Of a stretch of 34,330 nt of DNA, positions 10,795-23,032 are shown one piece after another (the first letter of the stretch is position 1; the number at the start of each line of letters is the position of its first letter). The stretch is from Hydrurus foetidus. Its lineage: Eukaryota. The notes below the pieces were generated by a model. That model was given only the letters and a program-made list of their open reading frames with translations, did not search any database and was not told the DNA's origin. The stretch lies in assembly GCA_900617105.1 (NCBI GenBank), contig UYFQ01000672.1:1-34330 (forward strand), in the 5' to 3' direction. Position numbers and translations under genes: made by a program.

Positions 10795-13700
10795 GAGATC
10801 ATCCTGCGAAGGTCCCTGCCGTTTATGCGACAGGTGACATCGCAGCAAGGACAGATCAGCCATATAGCGATCAATCTTCATCTCGTAACCCCTTAGATCG
10901 GAGTAGCGCCACAAACTCCACACATCCACCACGTAGAAATAATAATGCCGGTGATATAATGTCCATAGATAGCAGAGGAAAAAAATTGTCCAACGAAGGT
11001 TATTGGGAAAACCCTCACAAAAAAATTCTATGCGTCGGGAAAATGACGACGACAGCTCTTACGATGATGAGAATAACAAATTAACCTCTCAATCGGATAG
11101 ACGCCACAGAAATCTATTAAAATTACGGGAAAATGAATTACACGACGCAAGTCGCAAGTCTGTGAAGAAGTCAGACAAATCGTCTCGACATTATTCACAT
11201 AAGTCCTCCAAAAAAACATCAAATAACGACAATGTAGATAGCCCTAGGAATGAAGCTGACCTTGTGTCGGGGAGCATAGGAGATAACGATAATGATGAGA
11301 AGGTAGATAGTAGTTCCAATAATAACAATAGAGAGAGTTCCTCACAGAAAATCTCTCACAAGAAAGGATATCCATCCAACTCATCGGACGACCCGTCCGA
11401 ATCGTCGAAAAAGAGCAAAGAAATCTACTGATTCACCAGATGACCCGTCGTCATCAAGTTCTAATTCCTCTAGCTATAACTATAAAAGCTCCTATAAGGA
11501 TCATAGCTCTTTATCCTCCGATACGGAATATAAGAAGATAAAACGTAAATACAATAGATGAGTTAAAAGATCCAAATGGTTAGATACTTCGGCTGCTGCA
11601 ATTCAAATGTTCAGCAACTTTCAAATCCATCCTAACTCTACCGACAAATTTTACCGTCTCCTACAAATCCACTCCCTGCTTAATACCGTTGGAGTTCTCA
11701 CACTTGTACAAGGACATCGCACCCGCCCCATCCTAAAACAAGATAAGAATAAGCACGGATATAGGAAACAGAAAGTACTCCCCTATAAATCACCAGTAGT
11801 AGCAGGAGTAGACTTGTCATTTACCATAGCAAATACAAAAGATATTATCCTAGAAGAAGATGATATATACTACTATACATATGATGTTGATCGACTATAC
11901 TCATTGTTGAATACAATTTTCCATAAAGATTGCCGTCACTATGTCAGTAACGAAGCACATCAAGAAAGAGATGGTGTTATAGCATTCGATCAAATCATTA
12001 GTCATGCAAATCATTAGTCATGTGTCTGGCCAACGTCAGCAAGATATTCAAATTGCTGAGAACAATATCATACTATTTAAAGTTGATCAAAATGAGACAG
12101 TGCGTAGTGAATTCATTAGATGGGAAACACTGTTTAATAATCTTTCTTATGCAAATAACAAAAAGATTTCTAGTGAAACAAAACTTGCCTTTTTAGCAAA
12201 ACATTTCTCAGATGATGGTAGACCCTTAATCGTATCATCATTCGCAGCATCAATGAATAATAGACTCGGATATGATATGACAATGGCAAATATACTTTGG
12301 GTCGCAGACGCACTCCTGCCACACCTTGCAACAGTACAGTTAGCAGCGGTTAGGACTGCATACCAGTCCTCAGACCCATCATGGAATAATGCACAGCTAG
12401 CTAGTTTATACGGTACTAGTGCATCATCACAGGCGAAAACAGTGGATCCGATTCCTAAATACATAGCTGATAAGATGGCAGGGGAATCGCCGCAAGAGAA
12501 AACAGCACAATACTGTTACTCATACCAACGCGGTCAATGTAAAAACCCTACCTGCAAATGGCCTCATATTATGCAACCAAAAGGTGACAAAGGGTATGAT
12601 AATAATAGAGCGAGAAAAGATAATATGCCCAATGCTAAACAAACTCAACCTCAAAATCCCAAAATACCTTTCAATATTGACTTACCCAGAAATACACTTG
12701 ACCACATCGGCCCTAAGGCGGGTCAAGGTATGAATATAGAGCAATATTCTAATAATCAAAAAAGAGCTATTACCAAATTAATGTCACTTCAACACAACAT
12801 TAATATTAGCGGTAAACAGGGAGGCTTCTCCGACTGGTCTAATTTATCAGAAGCGCCGTTTGAGTCCGCTCAAGAACGACGTCAAGTGCTAATGCGCGTC
12901 CGCATCGATGAAGACTCACAAAGAATTCTTCGTACAGCGAGGCAAAATAGAAATATTGCTGATAAAAGAATTATGTATGATCACGTAGGCTTACATGAAG
13001 AAACACGTAAATTGCATCATCGATTTTTGATTAATAATATTGCAAACAACTATGAAGTACCAAATATCTCTTCACGCGAGGGTGTTAACGCAGCATTCTT
13101 ACATGCGGAAAACTATCAATAGAACACACGTACGCCTGAATATGGTAGATATGATCAGACAACTTCTATACTGCCTGGATCTTTTATACATAAAATAACA
13201 ACATCTATTAAAGACGGTAAAGAAATACCAAATTACCATACATCTTTACTTGGGTGGCATGTTAACAAACACGACGACAGACGTCCAGATATTACAGAAA
13301 CATATACTCAATGGTTACGACTACTATATAGTATGGGCGCGTCAATGCTCCAAGCATGCGTAGTCATGCCATGGAAGAAGGTAGAGGCGGATGTCTTCAA
13401 ATATAATACATATAATCCATATCTAAATAATGGAAAATTCGAAGTTCCCCTACCAGCACATGAGCCTGGTGCATACTGGTCCCAGGTCCATAGTCTCGAG
13501 GAGTATGTTAGTGCACTAAATATAATAGACAGTGTCACATCAAACAATTCAGTATTACATAACACACTATATGCTGATACAGTAAGACACTTAGTCATAT
13601 ACGACTTTATGGCATTCACCGCTCAATACCTCGGATTCTATCGAGACAATAATCCTATAAAAATAACAGTACTACGACACGTACTTACACTTCAGATAGA

Positions 13701-14053
13701 TGATATAGTTGATCCGATATTCACATGTCATGGTATCATAGAGCATTATCAGCTCATCGCTCGTATTGGTAGACCTCTTGTGGATAAAATTAAAGTGTCA
13801 CCATCGACCCCAATAACACTAGAGGCAGATAGAATACTGCAGCATGAAAACTTAGAAGAATTCTCACCAAAAGACGTTGCTGTACCAAAACATAGACCAA
13901 TGTTTAATACTAAATATGAAAATATAAATTTCGTTACTTGTTTTGTACACCCAAGAGATAGAGAGGTTAATGAAGACCCTGTTGAGAAACACGACAATAA
14001 ACCACCAAATCTCGTAAAACCACCTCAATATAACAGCAGGTATCTACATATAC
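10795..14053 (+). pseudogene. Decayed Copia-like gag polyprotein (Copia-2), truncated before the protease
   Basis: Broken ORFs 11003-11431, 11607-12017, 12004-13122, 13333-14115 align by eye to Copia-1 gag (DRLYSLL...ERDGVIAF...KLAFLAKHFSDDGRP); CCCH finger CYSYQRGQCKNPTCKWPH; several stops; AT-rich. Confidence 0.75.
11991..12022 (+). repeat. 16-bp tandem duplication frameshifting Copia-2 gag
   Basis: CAAATCATTAGTCATG twice in tandem. Confidence 0.95.
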
Positions 14054-14769
14054 AATTCACGGATGCACTTTCTGTCCAAAGCTACCATGCCAGTCACGTC
14101 AAAGAATTTCGATGACACAAGTTGTCGAGATACAGTGATATCTGTTTCCGTATGAACTATAGACAATCATTGTTTTACGGCGATTGTTGTTCTCTGCCAC
14201 CAAACTGCATAATTCTGGCGAGACTCGTCACCTGCGAAGTGGCTGGTCACTGGCATCGGTATCGTCGACCAAAACTCACGACCCTCCATTGTATATGGGT
14301 GTGTACCATTACCAATTATCTCGCTCGCCGCCATTGGCAGGTAGCCTCTCAGAGTGAGGAACGCGGCAGTCATTAGTAACGAATAACTGTTGGTCTTGAT
14401 AATCATGTCCGCAACTTTGTAAAACAGAACGCGCTGTATTATCGGGAAAAACTTGGTCTCGATATCATTCAATTCGACAAGCGGGGTGATGGTAGTATCA
14501 TTTCGAGCTGACAGGCATAGATTGAAAATTGATTGCAGATCTGCATCGGCGAGTCCTAGGCTATTTCCAGCAGTGTTGAGGTTGGGTCACAGAAGCACCC
14601 CAACATTTCAAGCATCATTTTTTTAAAACTTTACGTGCGAAGTGCGACGTGTAAAAAAAAAGGTGCAGTGTACCGTAAAAAAAAGAAATAACCCAGAATT
14701 TGGTGATGTATTTTCGGTATTTTGTATTTTGCTTGTCAAACGGAAGAAATTTTTGCGGAACGTTCCATT
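14054..14769 (-). pseudogene. Duplicated copy of the 5' end and upstream region of the exostosin-like gene
   Basis: Highly similar to 20301-21027 (ORFs 14167..14472 and 20414..20719 differ by only a few residues); cut off on the left by Copia-2 sequence. Confidence 0.85.
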
Positions 14770-15130
14770 ATTTCAAAAAATCTTTTCTTTTTTGGAGTGG
14801 GAGGGGTGGGGTGGGGGGATGGAGAGATAATGATGCTGGTTGTGCGAATGCTCTAGTAAAGTAGGTTATTAATATGAGGATGGCTGTAAGCTGACTACGG
14901 ATATGATGTGATGATGTGATGGTGTGATGGTGTGAAAAGTGCGTTGTTAAAGCTGTTGCAAAATGCTTTAAGAAATTACACATTACCAACGACATGATAT
15001 ACACATCCTTGCAGTACTTCACGCGTGCAAACAGTCTAATGGAAAGGAAAAAGGTGGTGCATGAAAAGAGACTATTAAGGAAGGGAGGAAAAAGTTTCTA
15101 TAACGTTATAACTTATTCTATAGCCTGTCT

Positions 15131-15248
15131 GTCACTCACGAGCCCAACCACAAAAGCGTTATCCGATAGCATCACGGTGGCTGGTTGGGAATGACCGAGA
15201 GCCAATAAGACTGTGTGTAGTCCTGCTGCAAATCATCCTGCGTAGAAA
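15131..15248 (-). pseudogene. Small Copia RNase H relic
   Basis: Manual translation FYAG*FAAGLHTVLLALGHSQPATVMLSDNAFVVGLVSD resembles FMNAKEGAALQNFLASIGYPQPSTEILCDNKCAVGLASN of Copia-3. Confidence 0.65.
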
Positions 15249-16337
15249 CTCGTAAAGAAAATGTACACGACGATGTCTGGACAAGACTGTGTTGCACCGT
15301 TGCACCGCACAAGTCAAATTATTTACTATTTGTCAAGAATTTGCTACTCTATTTCCGACAGACTTTAGCCATCTCTTGTAGACCTGACCTCATGCAGGGA
15401 GAGAGGGAGGGAGGGAGGGGGCAAGTGTGAGGGTAAGAGAGACGGAGGGTAAAAGGGTAAGAGTGGGTCTCGCAGAGATTCTCTCTTACACTTCCCACTT
15501 CTTCTACTATGCACTCAGAATGGTATCGAATATCAGATTCACTGTTAGCTCATCATCTTTTTTCTCAGTCCTTGCATAGCCCAATCAAGGCATAGATGAC
15601 GTGAACACGGACACGCTGGGCTGCTAAGCGGCATCGCAGTGCACAGTGGAGATGATCAAGAGTCACTTGACATGACGTAGTGTCTTATGTCTACTTCGTC
15701 GTCACTACGTACGTACGGCAGAACCATCGCATAGCAACATCCTCCACCGCATGTAGCGAATTCGAAAGAAGGTATTGTCAACGGGTACTACAAGCATTGT
15801 TACGAACAAAATAATATAATTCGAACAAAATTGACATAATTCAAACTACAAGTCTTCTATTTCGTTTTTATGTGTGATGTTATGTTTGACTCAAGATGTT
15901 AAATGCCATGATAACTTACCTTATTGAAAAACACGCCTACTCTACTCCAACGGCAATCATAGGAATCGGAATAAATATGTCGACAAGCAATTCAATAATT
16001 ATAAGGAGAATGTCTAATGCACATTCACAACAAATAAAATAAAATAAAATACAATGAGATGGGAAAAGGAAGTGCTTTCGTTATGTGGATGTTGGTTCTC
16101 CCCAGTTGTGGATGCATATTACTATTCCTGTCCATCCATCCATCCATCCGTCCCTGTATGAGTCCATATTCATGGGATGTAGGTGTCCACATGTTTCATG
16201 ATACATCAGATCGTGCCAACAGCGCTCCGTATGATGTGTTTAAAACTATCTGGCAGACATGATTGCATATTTTGGTCGTTTCTTGAAATAGAAGTCGTCT
16301 CTCTGCATTGTATGGTCGAGTCTGTAAGAGTGCAATA

Positions 16338-19300
16338 TCATGCACGATTTTCCCCTTCTGATTTCAGCTCTTTCGCTAGTCTCTTTTCCTCATCTAAGCG
16401 ATCATCTTCATGAGTCGACCAGCAAAAGTCATACTTCTTGAAATCTAAGCAAAGCGATTAAATTGTAATCGTGTCAACTTTATGTCCAGACATTCGATAG
16501 AGATGTGACAACGAAATCGTCCACATTGCTGTAACTCAAATCATGACCAACCTAATCAGCTACTGCGCTCACCTGTGTTGAAATCGATGGCGCATGATTC
16601 GCTGGGAGTTCGGTGGGTACCTGCTTGAGTCCATACGAAGTGAGAGGTCAGAGCGGACAGTAAGAACGATCGCAACAACAATCATACACCGGTGTGTAGT
16701 ATGTCAGATAAAGGCACATTCGATACGGCAGAAATGTAACTTGGGTGGGTCATGCTATAATACAAACAAGGCAGAACCGGCAGTGCAGAGCAGTTGAGCC
16801 ATTAAAGCCAATCGATCAGATCTCATTCGGCCGATATCATTATCGTTCAGACTTATTGGAGGGAGGTGCTTGTGTCTGGACCTCGATTCCGTACCTGGTC
16901 CGCAGCCTTCAGTGCCTCCGTATTTGCCACCGCACGTGAAGGGGATTAGGGGGCGCGAGAAGGGTACACCGTTAGGGAATTTCGGCATGGGATGTCGCTT
17001 CATCAGAACTGAGATGCTCTTCGCAGTAGACACCTGTATCAATAAGAAGCAAACAGAAGTGAGGACGACACACAGAGAAAACAAGAAAAGGTGACTGCCA
17101 TCTGCGCTGAGAGATTGTGTAGCGGGTGAGAAGTTAGATTTGCAGTGCGAGAGACAATACTCACATCTCTTAAAAGTGAGTCCCACCAGTGCTGCGTTAA
17201 TCTTCGATAGTCCCACTCCTTACTCTCCTTATCCTCTACGTGATACAGCGCTTCCACATATGCCTACATAGTAGGTGTGAGGTGCGGTACGATGTCAGCA
17301 CAGACCAAGCGTTGATATGCGGTAGATTTGTCTCATTGGTGCGATGAGCGAGACCAAGGCAATCTGATGCGATGCTGCACAGTGCGATGGCATACACAAC
17401 CACGATTGACCCTGCTGGCTCTCTCGTACAATCTCTCCTTACCTGTCTGAGCAAGTCTGGAGTGATCATGGCGAAGTCGTCAACCAGCAGCACAGGTAAC
17501 TTGTGGAAGGACCGGTCCAACCCAGTGCCTCGCTCTAGCACCGGCATTGCACTATGGTATGGTATGGTATGGTATGGTGTGGATGCAAGACAAGGGGAAA
17601 GAAGACAATAGAAGATGAGAGGAACGGCATGTAACGGAACGAAACGGGTTCAATTGATTGCGAGGCACGAGGATGAAGACTTTTCTTTCGCTCCCCATTC
17701 TATCAGTACCTCCATCTAATCACATTACTGATCTTCGACCAATCATATCCTCTTAACACTAATGATCTCTCTATCTTTCTCTATGCATATCTACCTCTTC
17801 ATGAATACCTAATCCTCTACATTTACAATATCTCTCCCGTAGCTCTGAGCAACGTTCTCTCGTGACTTGCACCAACTACCTTGCGAACACCCACCCACCA
17901 TGCAGTCTGAAGAATCTTACCCTGCCAACAGCGCCTCGAAGATTCTGTAAGTGTCGTAACCGAGACCAGGCAGGCACAGTACGGTGGCAGTAGAGAGCAG
18001 ACGATCAACGTACTCCTGGCTACCCAACCTCCCGTTCACCTGCAAGAACGCCCCTACACGTACATACGTCGAAAGCAAATCAGAGAGGCTATTGGGAGCT
18101 ATCGATGGTATCACATGGCGAGGTGGATAATATTAGGAAAGAACGCAACTTCATTTGAGGTGAATAGCTTACCGTCACCGTCCACCTCACACAGGCTGTA
18201 CAGTGACTTTTTGAATGAGGTTAGACCAATAAAACAGCAAATTAGTCCACTTATCTATCTACCCACTGACACACTCACCCATTTTACTCTGGACGCACTT
18301 CATCATGGCTGGCCTCGCTCCCCAGTTTGAAGTCGCGGCAAGCATCAGATTAGTAATTCTGCAAATGTGACGTCCCATGGTATTGATGAGTCAGATAAAC
18401 TCTTGTGTACGTACACACCAAACTCTTCTCGTGCGTGGACAGATGGACAAGAGATCAGATACACAGAAAGGCATACCGACGCACGCATACCACTATCCAG
18501 ATTCTCAGTCGGGTAGACAGACAGACAAGCAGACAGATAAGTAAACATGCACATACATGCATGTGAAAGGGCACCTCTTACCTTCTGTCTTCATGAAGGA
18601 AGGCTTTCCCCTGTTTGAATGTCAGGTCTGCAATTAACTCACTCATACCCAAGGGTATCGAAATCACTTTTGGATGCGTTATCTGGGATTAAAAGAAAGA
18701 GAGAAGAGTAGGCTCACACAATGCGTGCATAGAATTTCATTTCTACAGTACTCTACTGCATGAAGATACTTTCACGTCTGCATGCGGAACTCACATTGTG
18801 GTGTTGATTGACTGCCATCATGACGAGTCTCTCATAGTCGAGAAAGGGACGAACATCTTCTAGCTGGCCATTTGGTGGTATAGCTGTTGGTGAGTGAATT
18901 TGATCAGTAAATATGTGTCAATAGAGGGCGGTGGTGGATGGGCGATACGAATACGGTCAGTCACCGCAGCATCTCCGACAAACAAGAGGGTTTGGTAGAG
19001 CACAGTGGAGCGTATTAAACATAAGAAATGATAGAATACAGTTTAGTCGAATAGCAAACAGATGAACAGATGACAGTCAGTAATTGGCAGGACCCACGCT
19101 CATACAGACAGACCATTCGACTTGTGTACCTGTCCCTTTATCGTTGAATCTGAATTCCCAGTCGATGGAGCGGTTCAGAATATGGGTGCTGAGCAGATGG
19201 TATGAAGAGGAAGAGTGAGCAAGAATCATATGTCCACACATTTGAGTTTATGTTAGGCCTGTGAGAAGAACGACAGTCGGGAGGTTGCTTCAGATTGCGT

Positions 19301-20719
19301 TGCGACATGTAGCGCATCCGTCCTTGCGTTCGTCTCAATTCAACCTCATCAAACAACACGACATCACATCATACCACACCTCCACGTAAGCCAGTCGATA
19401 CATGCACCCGACATTGTTAACTTGCCTACTTCATCACATACCTGAGAAAGCCCCAGTTTTCATTGAAGTTGCCCAGCCCGACAAATCCTTGAGAAGGTAT
19501 TTCCCTTTTTACCTTGTCAGGGTACTTCAAGAGTAACTCAACTGCTTGCTTCACGCCGAATATGCAGTTGTCCATTGCCGGTGCTGCCATGAAAGCTATC
19601 GGTGCCCTTTGTATTCCATACCAACATATTACAAATGTATCATCGCACAATTATCATGTGGTAATGATACTAAAGATTAGAGTGAAAGAGAAATCAAGAA
19701 GTTCTGATTCTAAAGCTACTTGGCAGGTGATTCCGTGGTTGCCGCCACATCCTCCACTAAGCTGGATGCGAAACAGTTTCTAACATGTCATCTGTGAGCG
19801 CTCTGCAGTAAAACCATAATCTCACCTATCATCTGTGAAGTTGGCAAAATCGACGAAACCAGTTCTCTCGCACAGGTGAACATCAGCGATCTTCCGCCTG
19901 CTAACTTTATCGCCGCCAAGAATCATCTTGTGACTTTTGATAGTCTTAAATACTGCCAGTATTATCAATGGAAGGGTTCATCGAGTAAGATGATCAGAGA
20001 ATGCGCTGCCTTGCTATCGAGTAGACAGTAAATGGACAGAGCCGTTTCATAAATGAAAAATGCAGAGAAAACTAACCTGCTCTCAAGAGAATAGGCTTTC
20101 CATCCATGGCGTTCTGCTTCGCGAGAGCCCAAATAGCTTCATTCAATGGAGCTTTGAAGCCAAACCCTTGACACAAATATAGAGAAAAGCGGCAAAAGTG
20201 AGTCACACATGCAGCCAGAATGATCAGGCCGGATACATAAAGTAGTATTTCCTCTCTACTCCTGTCTCTGATTACAAACATTGCGCTTATCAGCATGAAG
20301 AATTCGCGGATGCACTTTCTGTCCAAAGCTTCTATGCCAGTCACGTCAAAGAATTTCGATGACACAAGTTGTCGAGATACAGTGATATCTATTTCCGTAT
20401 GAACTATAGACAATCATTGTTTTACGGCGATTGTTGCTCTCTGCCACCAAACTGCATAATTCTGGCGAGACTTGTCACCTGCGAAGTGGCTGGTCACTGG
20501 CATCGGTATCGTCGACCAAAACTCACGACCCTCCATTGTATTTGGGTGTGTACCATTACCAATTATCTCGCTCGCCGCCATTGGCAGGTAGCCTCTCAGA
20601 GTGAGGAACGCGGCAGTTATTAGTGACGAATAACTGTTGGTCTTGATGATCATGTCCGCAATTTTGTAAAACAGAACGCGCTGTATTATCGGGAAAAACT
20701 TGGTCTGGATATCATTCAA
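16338..20719 (-). CDS. Multi-exon host gene, exostosin / glycosyltransferase family 47-like protein (5' exon structure uncertain)
   Basis: GT-AG-bounded exons translate to FLDYERLVMMAVNQHHN, ITHPKVISIPLG, YVDRLLSTATVLCLPGLGYDTYRIFEALLAG, MPVLERGTGLDRSFHKLPVLLVDDF, AYVEALY...WDYRRLTQHWW and a last exon ending ...GENRA* at 16338; the CxxGxGxDxxRxxEALxxGxxPV motif is typical of exostosin. Confidence 0.8.
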
Positions 20720-21027
20720 TTCGACAAGCGGGGTGATGGTAGTATCATTTCGAGCTGACAGGCATAGATTGAAAATTGATTGCAGATCTGCATGGGCAAG
20801 CCCTGGGCTATTTCCTACAGTGTTGGGGTTGGGTCACAGAAGCACCAGCGCAAGCAAGCCTTGGCGCAAGCATCATTTTCTTAAAATTTTACGTGCGAAG
20901 TGTGATAAGCAAAAAAGAGAAGCGGAGTGTACCGTAAAAAAAGAAGTCGCCCAAAATTTGGTGATGTATTTTCGGTATTTTGTATTTTGCTGGTCAAACG
21001 GAAGAAATTTTTGCGGAACGTTCCATT

Positions 21028-21218
21028 TGTTGATCGCTATGCGATCAGACGTGCAAATCGATATCACAAGTTTGCGAGTGTTGAGATTAACTTATGACGA
21101 AAGTGTGGAAGTGAAGTGTGGTACCAGTTTGCAATGAAGTCTACGATTACTTGAAGACATGAAGATCGTAGGTGAGCAGGAACCGCTGTGCGCGCTTGCA
21201 TGAGTGAGTGTATCAACA
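21028..21218 (-). repeat. 3' LTR of Copia-3 (191 bp) with adjacent polypurine tract
   Basis: TGTTGAT...ATCAACA 7-bp terminal inverted repeat; PPT GAGAGGGTG on the minus strand at 21219-21227. Confidence 0.88.
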
Positions 21219-21283
21219 CACCCTCTCAAATTGGTACGGGTGAATACTAAGTTTAAGTGGATGCAGTAGGGGGGAAGGAGACA

Positions 21284-21974
21284 TTATGTCGGATGTGTTT
21301 GGTAAGTGGAGCAGGGGGTGAGGGGTATGTGAACAAGCAATCGGATGAGGTGTTTATGAATGTGAATAGGTAAGGCTTTGGTAAAATAATCAGCAAGATT
21401 GTGTGCGCCTTTTCTCCAAGTAACGTTGAACTGTTTCTGCTGAACTCGATCCCGAATCCAGTGGAATTGCATATGAATTGATTTTGTTTGCTTTGGGGTC
21501 ACTGTATTGGAGGCAAGCCCGACAGCGCACTTGTTGTCACATAAGATTTCAGTTGATGGCTGAGGGTATCCGATGCTAGCAAGAAAATTTTGTAATGCGG
21601 CGCCTTCTTTTGCATTCATGAAGAGATCAGCATATTCAGCCTCTGCGACTGACGCTACAACGACCGGGATGATCGTACTTACTGCGAGACAAGGGCCATT
21701 GATTTCCGTGGGATTATTATTTCCTAAATAGAAGACTCCACCGGCTACGGATCGAGCTTTGGGGCGTGAAAGGTAGGATGCATCAGACTGAATGAAAAGT
21801 CGCATGCCGCATGCAGTGAACGCAAGCGCATTGTTGGGGTGTCGAGCGCAATACCGCAGAAGGCGGTCCATGGCATCACGGACAGTGGTTGTTGGATTGG
21901 ATTGCATGGACGCTATATGATTCACGGCGGGGAGAAGTGTAGTATCGACACCAAGGGCGTAATATAGAATGCAG
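21284..21974 (-). pseudogene. Copia-3 RT C-terminus and RNase H
   Basis: QSDASYLS, SVAEAEY, LCDNKCAVG, FHWIRDRV, NLADYFTK motifs. Confidence 0.93.
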
Positions 21975-22284
21975 TAGGGCTGCTTGCCGACTTCGAATTT
22001 GCCGCGGCAAGTCGGCAAATTTGCCGACGGCAAGTAGCCGCGGCAACTTGCCGACTGACCCAAATTTCGGCGGTTAGTTGCCGACTTTTCGAAGTGTCAA
22101 TTAGGCCTATATTGGACTGTATTAGGCTGTAATCATCGATTCCATGCCAGTATAAGACTGATTCAGGTCCAATACTGCTATAAAAGAGATGGATTGCGAC
22201 GTATGGCCTGATTTTTACCTTAGTAAATGCAACGTCATCGACTCACGAATCGTATACTCTCATCGTCAGTATTCATAATAAATT

Positions 22285-22932
22285 GTGGAAGCCTCAGCTA
22301 TGGAAGAATACAATGAGCAATGGTTGCTCGGTGACATCATTGGGGATGATGAGGACAATCGAGATTGGAAAATCATAAAAATAGGAGAGGGAGAAACTGT
22401 AGTTCATCGAGACGGTTCGGGCTTTGTTTCTTACGATCGCCATGGGGACGGGTGGATCTTGCTGCAGTTTTCCGAGAAGTCAACCAAAGAGAGGCGAGGC
22501 AAAAAGTGGATTGTTCATCCCGGGAAGAAAACAGACCTCTGGATAAAGAGACTGTCTGAAGTTCACCGCAATAAGTCAGAACTTGTCAGGAGAGAATCTT
22601 CTCATCGTGAGTCTCTCAGAAATCAGATAGCTACAAGCATCGAATGCAATCCGAACGACACCCACTTCTTGGAATGGGAGAGCACAGAGGCGGAGGATGA
22701 GATGCTAGTCAACTGCTTGACAGCCGAAACATTCATGGATGCTATCTCAAGTTCCTCCAACTCGAGTTCGAGTTCAAGTTCGAGCTCCAGCTCGAACTTG
22801 AACTCGAACTCAGTACCAAATGACAGAGCAAGAAACAGAGATGAACCAGCTGAGGTTTGCAGTCATGGCATGCTACCAGAAATTTCGACGTTATCTTTTA
22901 CACTAATGAACGCTCGCTCCATTTGCAGGTAG
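22285..22932 (+). CDS. Probable first exon or N-terminal extension of the hAT transposase (Ser-rich)
   Basis: 215-aa ORF inside the TIRs upstream of the transposase; candidate GT..AG intron at about 22855-22928; the join to the main ORF seems to need a frameshift. Confidence 0.45.
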   Translation: MEASAMEEYNEQWLLGDIIGDDEDNRDWKIIKIGEGETVVHRDGSGFVSYDRHGDGWILLQFSEKSTKERRGKKWIVHPGKKTDLWIKRLSEVHRNKSELVRRESSHRESLRNQIATSIECNPNDTHFLEWESTEAEDEMLVNCLTAETFMDAISSSSNSSSSSSSSSSSNLNSNSVPNDRARNRDEPAEVCSHGMLPEISTLSFTLMNARSICR

Positions 22933-23032
22933 ACAACAGAAGAAAGAAAGCGAGAAAGTTAGTGCGCGATGAGATTGTCGCGAAAGGAAAGCGAGAGAAG
23001 TTAATTGGACCCCTAAATGGTCAGCTATCGAT

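Noticed and set aside
14800..17600. TGATG, AAAAT, CATC and TATGG short repeats
   Set aside because: Ordinary microsatellites in intergenic or intronic DNA.
21975..22090. Short repeats (TTGCCG/CGGCAA) here and at 25190-25327 as CRISPR-like arrays
   Set aside because: Irregular, in both orientations, without spacers; typical hAT subterminal transposase-binding sites.
22746..22812. TCGAGT/TCAAGT hexamer repeats as a separate element
   Set aside because: They encode a poly-Ser low-complexity tract inside the hAT ORF.
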